A DNA stretch of 64,000 bases from Gammaproteobacteria bacterium (GTDB taxonomy: Bacteria > Pseudomonadota > Gammaproteobacteria > SZUA-229): assembly GCA_015488885.1 (NCBI GenBank), contig WFMW01000018.1, forward strand, positions 888-64,887. The letters are read 5' to 3'. Positions within the stretch are counted from its first letter, which is position 1. Each line of letters opens with the position of its first letter. Positions 59,006 through 64,000 of this stretch are shown here, piece by piece. The notes below the pieces were generated by a model. It saw only the letters and a list, made by a program, of their open reading frames with translations. It was not told the origin of the DNA and searched no databases. Made by a program: the position numbers and the translations under genes.

Positions 59006-61915
59006 ATGCCTGTCTCCAACTTTGATTTAAAACCCGGGCAACGCTGTATCAGTAATGCTGAACTCCAGATGGGGCTTGGCACAGTGCTTAGTGTTGCATC
59101 ACGCACCATCACGGTGGTTTATCTGGCAACGGGCGAAACCCGTACCTACGCCAGGCAAAGCGCACCTCTCACTCGCGTTATATTTACCGTTGGTGATACT
59201 ATTCAGAGCCATGAAGGCAGCCGCCTGAAAATTAACCAGGTTGATGAAGAAGATGACTTATTGTATTACACCGGTATGGATGACAAGGGCCGGAAAATCA
59301 CCATTGGTGAATCATCACTGGATAATTTTTTACAGCTTAACCGACCAGCTGAACGCCTGTTTAGCGGCCAGATTGATCAGGATAAATGGTTTGAATTACG
59401 TTATCAGACACTCGAGCAACGCAATCGTCTGTCACGTTCTGAACTGTATGGCCTGACTGGCTGCCGCACCAGTTTAATTGACCATCAGTTATACATCGCT
59501 CATGAAGTAGCACGACGATACGCTCCCAGAGTCCTGCTGGCCGATGAGGTTGGCCTGGGAAAAACCATTGAGGCAGGGCTGATTCTGCATCATCAATTAC
59601 TGACTGAACGTGCACATCGCATCTTGATTGTTGTACCAGAAACCTTGCTACATCAATGGCTGGTGGAAATGCTGCGGCGTTTTAATCTACATTTCAAAAT
59701 TTTTGACCAGAATCGCTGCGAAAATATTGTTCAGGACGGCAATTTCAACAATGTATTTTTTTCAGAACAACTGGTTTTGTGCAGCCTGAAATTTCTCACG
59801 GATAATGAAACCATATTTCAGCAATGCCTTGAAGCACAATGGGATTTAATGGTTGTTGATGAAGCTCACCACCTACAATGGACCCCTGTACACAGCAGCA
59901 TCGAATATCAATGTATTGAACAACTTGCAGAGCAAACAAGAGGTGTTTTATTACTTACTGCAACCCCTGAACAACTGGGTAAGGAAGGCCATTTTGCGCG
60001 TCTTCGCCTGCTCGACTCAGACCGCTTTCCAGATTATACCCAGTTTATTGAAGAAGAAAAAAGCTATGCACCAATAGCACAGATTATTGAACATTTACTT
60101 GACAATAAACCCCTGCAGACCGACCAGTTAGCATTGCTACACGACACAATTGCCGATGACGACCAGCAATCATTGCTGGATACTATTTATCACAAAAACA
60201 ATAATGAGGTTAACGACAATAGTAACAGCAATATTGACCTGGCCAGCAGACAACTGGTTGAACATCTGCTAGATCGGCATGGAACAGGACGGGTATTATT
60301 CCGTAATACCCGGGCAGCTATTAGCGGTTTCCCACAACGCCTGTTACTTGCCAATGCCCTGCCCGCATGCCCTGACTACATAAATACAACGGATACAGAT
60401 ATAAGCAAACGGCTCAGCCCCGAGCTTGGCCATCCACCAGGCGACAAGCTGACTCATTGGCTCAATATTGATCCACGTATAAAATGGTTAACGGATACCC
60501 TGCTGCAACTGGCCCCGCAAAAGGTACTGGTGATTACCGCACACGCCACCACCGCACTGGCTCTGACCCGGTATATAAAGACAAAAACAGCAATACATGC
60601 AACCGCTTTTCATCAGGGCTTAAGTATTATAGAGCGCGACCGGGCAGCCGCTTTTTTTGCCGATCAGATAACCGGAAGCCAGGTATTAATCTGTTCTGAA
60701 ATCGGTAGCGAAGGACGTAATTTTCAGTTTGCTCATCATCTGATTATGTTCGATCTACCAGCCAATCCCGATTTACTTGAACAGCGTATCGGGCGACTGG
60801 ATCGCATTGGCCAGACCGAGACCATTCATATTCATGTCCCCTACATTAAAAACAGCGCACAGGAAACACTGTTTCGCTGGTATCACGAGGGGCTACAGGT
60901 ATTCGAGCACATTTGCCCCGCTGGTCAGACCATTTATCAACAGTTTAAACCCGCATTACAGCATCTATTAGTATCTCAGACGGATAACAATGCAACTGAA
61001 AAGCTGAATGCATTGATAACAGAAACACAACAACAACAGCAACAACTTACTGCTGCTCTGCATCGGGGACGAGATCGACTGCTTGAATACAATTCGTGTC
61101 GCCCTGAAGCCGCCACACAACTCAAACAACAGGCATTAGCTGAAGATACGCAGACGACTATCAGCACCTATATGGAAAAGGTATTCGACAGTTTTGCTAT
61201 CGACACTGAGATTCACAGCGAGGGTTGTTTTATTATTACCCCGACCGAACACATGATTAATCATTTCCCCGGCCTGAGCGATGATGGTTTAACCATTACT
61301 TATCAACGTGAAACCGCACTCAGTTTCGAAGATACCCAGTTTATAACCTGGGAACACCCGCTATGCAGCAACGCAATGGAAATGGTATTGAGCAATGAAA
61401 ATGGTAATACTGCGGTGACTGCAATGAAATATCCTGGCATAAAATCCGGTAGCATTCTGGTTGAATGCCTGTATGCGCTTGAAGCCGCACCAGTCGAAGC
61501 CCTGCAAACTCACCGCTACCTGCCGCCAACCATGATCCGTGTTTTCTGTGATGAGCGCGGCGTTGATTATCACAAAAAATGCCCGCACGGGTATATCAAT
61601 GACAATCATCAGTTTGTTGAAAGTGGCATTGGTAAAAAAATTGTTCATGCAAAGACTAAAATACTGAAAGCCATGATTAAGCATTGTGACGCTTATGCCG
61701 ATACCCAGGCCAAACAGATTCTGGCTCAGGCCAATAAAGATTCAAACGAAACAATATTAAATGAAATCAATAGGTTAAAATCATTATCTAAAGTTAATCA
61801 TAACATAAGAGATGATGAAATTAGTTTTTTTGAACAGCAACTGGCATCACTGAATCGCGTATTGAATTCGGCTAACTTACGTCTTGATGCCGTGCGGGTA
61901 GTGGTTATTATATAG
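59006..61915 (+). CDS. rapA: RNA polymerase-associated Swi2/Snf2 ATPase RapA
   Basis: GQRCISNAELQMGLG, LADEVGLGKT, DEAHH, TATPEQLG, SEIGSEGRNFQF, EQRIGRLDRIGQ. Confidence 0.97.
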   Translation: MPVSNFDLKPGQRCISNAELQMGLGTVLSVASRTITVVYLATGETRTYARQSAPLTRVIFTVGDTIQSHEGSRLKINQVDEEDDLLYYTGMDDKGRKITIGESSLDNFLQLNRPAERLFSGQIDQDKWFELRYQTLEQRNRLSRSELYGLTGCRTSLIDHQLYIAHEVARRYAPRVLLADEVGLGKTIEAGLILHHQLLTERAHRILIVVPETLLHQWLVEMLRRFNLHFKIFDQNRCENIVQDGNFNNVFFSEQLVLCSLKFLTDNETIFQQCLEAQWDLMVVDEAHHLQWTPVHSSIEYQCIEQLAEQTRGVLLLTATPEQLGKEGHFARLRLLDSDRFPDYTQFIEEEKSYAPIAQIIEHLLDNKPLQTDQLALLHDTIADDDQQSLLDTIYHKNNNEVNDNSNSNIDLASRQLVEHLLDRHGTGRVLFRNTRAAISGFPQRLLLANALPACPDYINTTDTDISKRLSPELGHPPGDKLTHWLNIDPRIKWLTDTLLQLAPQKVLVITAHATTALALTRYIKTKTAIHATAFHQGLSIIERDRAAAFFADQITGSQVLICSEIGSEGRNFQFAHHLIMFDLPANPDLLEQRIGRLDRIGQTETIHIHVPYIKNSAQETLFRWYHEGLQVFEHICPAGQTIYQQFKPALQHLLVSQTDNNATEKLNALITETQQQQQQLTAALHRGRDRLLEYNSCRPEAATQLKQQALAEDTQTTISTYMEKVFDSFAIDTEIHSEGCFIITPTEHMINHFPGLSDDGLTITYQRETALSFEDTQFITWEHPLCSNAMEMVLSNENGNTAVTAMKYPGIKSGSILVECLYALEAAPVEALQTHRYLPPTMIRVFCDERGVDYHKKCPHGYINDNHQFVESGIGKKIVHAKTKILKAMIKHCDAYADTQAKQILAQANKDSNETILNEINRLKSLSKVNHNIRDDEISFFEQQLASLNRVLNSANLRLDAVRVVVII

Positions 61916-62396
61916 CGATATAACTGTAGCCGGCTTCCTGTAACTGCATAATATCATCCACCCCGACCGGTACAACCATAGCCATATCCAGCAAATCAAT
62001 TTTTTTCCAGCCCAATGATTTCATCGTGTTCGCGCAGGCGTGGAATTCAACCCCATACATGTCCAGTGACTGTACCCTTTGCTGATGAATTTTTTTTACC
62101 GGAAAAGTTGGGTTTTCACCAAGTAGTTGCAGACCAGGCCCAAAAGCAGCAACTACCACCTGTATATCATCGCCGTATTTTCTAATCATTTCGCCGACTG
62201 AAAATAGAATGTGGTTAAAATAGTCGTTGTCGGCCTTATTACACTGGTAAACCACCTGATGCGTGCTTCTGGTTTCAAAACGGTCATCAGTATTACCAGC
62301 CTGAGCCGCTTTTGATACCAGCCCGATACCACCCAGCCCCAGCAGAGAAACAAAACGACGACGAAATTTATTATGTGAATGCATCGCTACTCCCAA
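61908..62396 (-). CDS. Tat-exported DsrE-like protein
   Basis: RRRF twin-arginine signal; HQVVYQ, VAAFGPGL, FHACANTM, VPVGV..LQEAGYSYI. Confidence 0.82.
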   Translation of the reverse strand: MGVAMHSHNKFRRRFVSLLGLGGIGLVSKAAQAGNTDDRFETRSTHQVVYQCNKADNDYFNHILFSVGEMIRKYGDDIQVVVAAFGPGLQLLGENPTFPVKKIHQQRVQSLDMYGVEFHACANTMKSLGWKKIDLLDMAMVVPVGVDDIMQLQEAGYSYIAI

Positions 62397-62462
62397 CTAT
62401 GTTAATGTTTACTGGTAAAATAAAATCATCCATTAATTTTTGATAACCCCATTAGATCCACT

Positions 62463-63785
62463 ATGTCTTTTTCAGCTTTCCTGTTGCACGATACCTTAAA
62501 TGATGCCATCAATAAAATGGGATTCAAACAGCCCACTGAAGTTCAGGCAGCCTGCCTGCCACCTGCGCTTGATTATAAAGATATACTGGTGAGCGCATCA
62601 ACGGGTAGTGGCAAAACGCTGGCTTTTTTAATTCCCTTAATCCAGCATTTACTTGATGATACTACCGGAACTGGCAGCAGGATAAAAGCATTAATTCTAG
62701 TACCTACTCGTGAACTCGGGCGACAGATAAATAAACAGGTTCAGTTATTAACGCAATTTACCAACCTGCACAGTGAACTTATTATGGGTGGTGAAGACCC
62801 AAAATATCAGCTTCTACGTCTAAAAAAACAAACACCGGATATTCTCATTGCGACCCCAGGTCGTTTGCTTGAACATATGTACCGCGAAACTATCGACCCC
62901 GGCAATATTCAGCTGCTGGTACTTGATGAAGCCGACCGCATGTTATCACTGGGCTTTATCGATCAGGTAAAGGAAATTATCGCTTACTGTAATCCACAGC
63001 GCCAGACCATGCTGTTTTCTGCCAGCCTCAATCATAAGCATTTCGAAAACCTGATCGAGCTGCTGCTCCATCAGCCTGAAAAAATTATTATTCATACCAT
63101 CAGGCAAAAAAATCCTCATATCCATCACCAACGCATTCTGGCCGACAGTCTGGATCACAAATACAAACTACTCAGCAAGCTGCTTATGCAGTCGGGTCAG
63201 AACCCGTCGAGCTACAATAAAATACTGGTATTTGCCAACACCCGCGCCCAGGTGGAAGCACTGGGTATTTATTTACAGCAACAGGCTATTCCAGTCGGCA
63301 TTCTGCATGGCGAACGCGAACCAAAACAACGTAACGAGATTGTCAGCAAATTCCGTAATGGGCAGGTGAATATACTGGTGGCGACCGATGTGGCGGCACG
63401 CGGTCTTGATATACCCGGTGTTGATTGTGTGATTCACTTTAACCTGGCCAGAAACGGTGAAGATTATGCGCATCGCAGTGGTCGAACCGGACGTGGTGAC
63501 AATACCGGGATAGCGATTGCGCTGATTGATGCCAATGAATGGGACAGGATGATAAAAATCGAGCATTTCCTGGACATGCAATTTGAACCGGTCAGTGTTA
63601 ATGGACTGAAAGCCAATTATCAGGGGCCAAAAAAAATAAAATCATCAGGGAAAGCAGCTGCCATGCATAAAAAACCGTCTTCCAGTCATCATCACAGCAA
63701 GCAAACCGTTCGTAAGAAAAATCGCCTGCGCGATCGTAAAAACATTGGCAAACGGCGTCAGCCATCCAGGAATCTCAGTAAATAA
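62463..63785 (+). CDS. srmB: DEAD-box RNA helicase, SrmB-like
   Basis: Q motif, TGSGKT, PTREL, TPGRL, DEAD, ARGLD, HRSGRTGR; basic tail GPKKIKSSGK. Confidence 0.8.
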   Translation: MSFSAFLLHDTLNDAINKMGFKQPTEVQAACLPPALDYKDILVSASTGSGKTLAFLIPLIQHLLDDTTGTGSRIKALILVPTRELGRQINKQVQLLTQFTNLHSELIMGGEDPKYQLLRLKKQTPDILIATPGRLLEHMYRETIDPGNIQLLVLDEADRMLSLGFIDQVKEIIAYCNPQRQTMLFSASLNHKHFENLIELLLHQPEKIIIHTIRQKNPHIHHQRILADSLDHKYKLLSKLLMQSGQNPSSYNKILVFANTRAQVEALGIYLQQQAIPVGILHGEREPKQRNEIVSKFRNGQVNILVATDVAARGLDIPGVDCVIHFNLARNGEDYAHRSGRTGRGDNTGIAIALIDANEWDRMIKIEHFLDMQFEPVSVNGLKANYQGPKKIKSSGKAAAMHKKPSSSHHHSKQTVRKKNRLRDRKNIGKRRQPSRNLSK

Positions 63786-63867
63786 AATAATATACCGGGT
63801 ACCTGGAAAAAACCATCCCTGTTTTTTTCCCACAACAATGCTTTTTCTATATGCTTTACTCTATGTA

Positions 63868-64000
63868 CTATAGTGCTAATCTTTTTGCCACAAAATCAAC
63901 ATCCTTATCACCTCGACCGGAAAGATTAACCAGTATAGACTGATCGCTGTTCATTGTTGCCGCCGTACGCATTGCATAGGCAATCGCATGCGCACTTTCC
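63868..64000 (-). CDS. trpB: Tryptophan synthase beta subunit, 3' end only (not in ORF track)
   Basis: Manual translation [33 protein letters not shown]; NLSGRGDKD is the TrpB C-terminal signature. Confidence 0.88.
   Translation of the reverse strand, partial: ESAHAIAYAMRTAATMNSDQSILVNLSGRGDKDVDFVAKRLAL

Noticed and set aside
249-63833. Other short or antisense ORFs in the track (e.g. 6910-7554, 35092-35613, 45060-45593)
   Set aside because: They overlap well-supported genes in other frames and show no recognisable motifs

Overview
Chromosomal window from a moderately AT-rich Gammaproteobacterium, probably a sulfur oxidiser (inferred from SoxW, a Tat-exported DsrE protein, an APS kinase fusion and cytochrome c4). 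Core genes: partial ylqF, maeB, yciK, rluB-scpB-scpA-trpS-S2P-yciO, yciB-yciI, rapA, srmB, and a partial trpB missing from the ORF track. Accessory modules: (1) an orphan RpfF-type DSF synthase with an Arg-rich tail, divergent from its own ACP; (2) a Fur-boxed ftrA-porin-ftrBCD iron-uptake operon; (3) a large choice-of-anchor L/GEVED/DUF11 surface protein behind a 19-bp tandem array; (4) a phoPQ locus whose two flanking secreted genes both carry PhoP boxes; (5) a di-haem peroxidase homologue lacking key catalytic/ligand residues, coupled to a DAHL-GAF-GAF-PAS-GGDEF-EAL protein; (6) a prsT/prsK/prsR plus polysaccharide export locus with a degenerate ATP-sulfurylase/APS-kinase and an unannotated sigma54-driven 34-aa membrane peptide; (7) a hipBA-like pair. 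There are two MITE-like hairpin elements and many 12-19 bp tandem duplications at gene boundaries. No rRNA, tRNA, CRISPR array, integrase or transposase was recognised. All family calls are from motifs recognised by eye; no database search was run.
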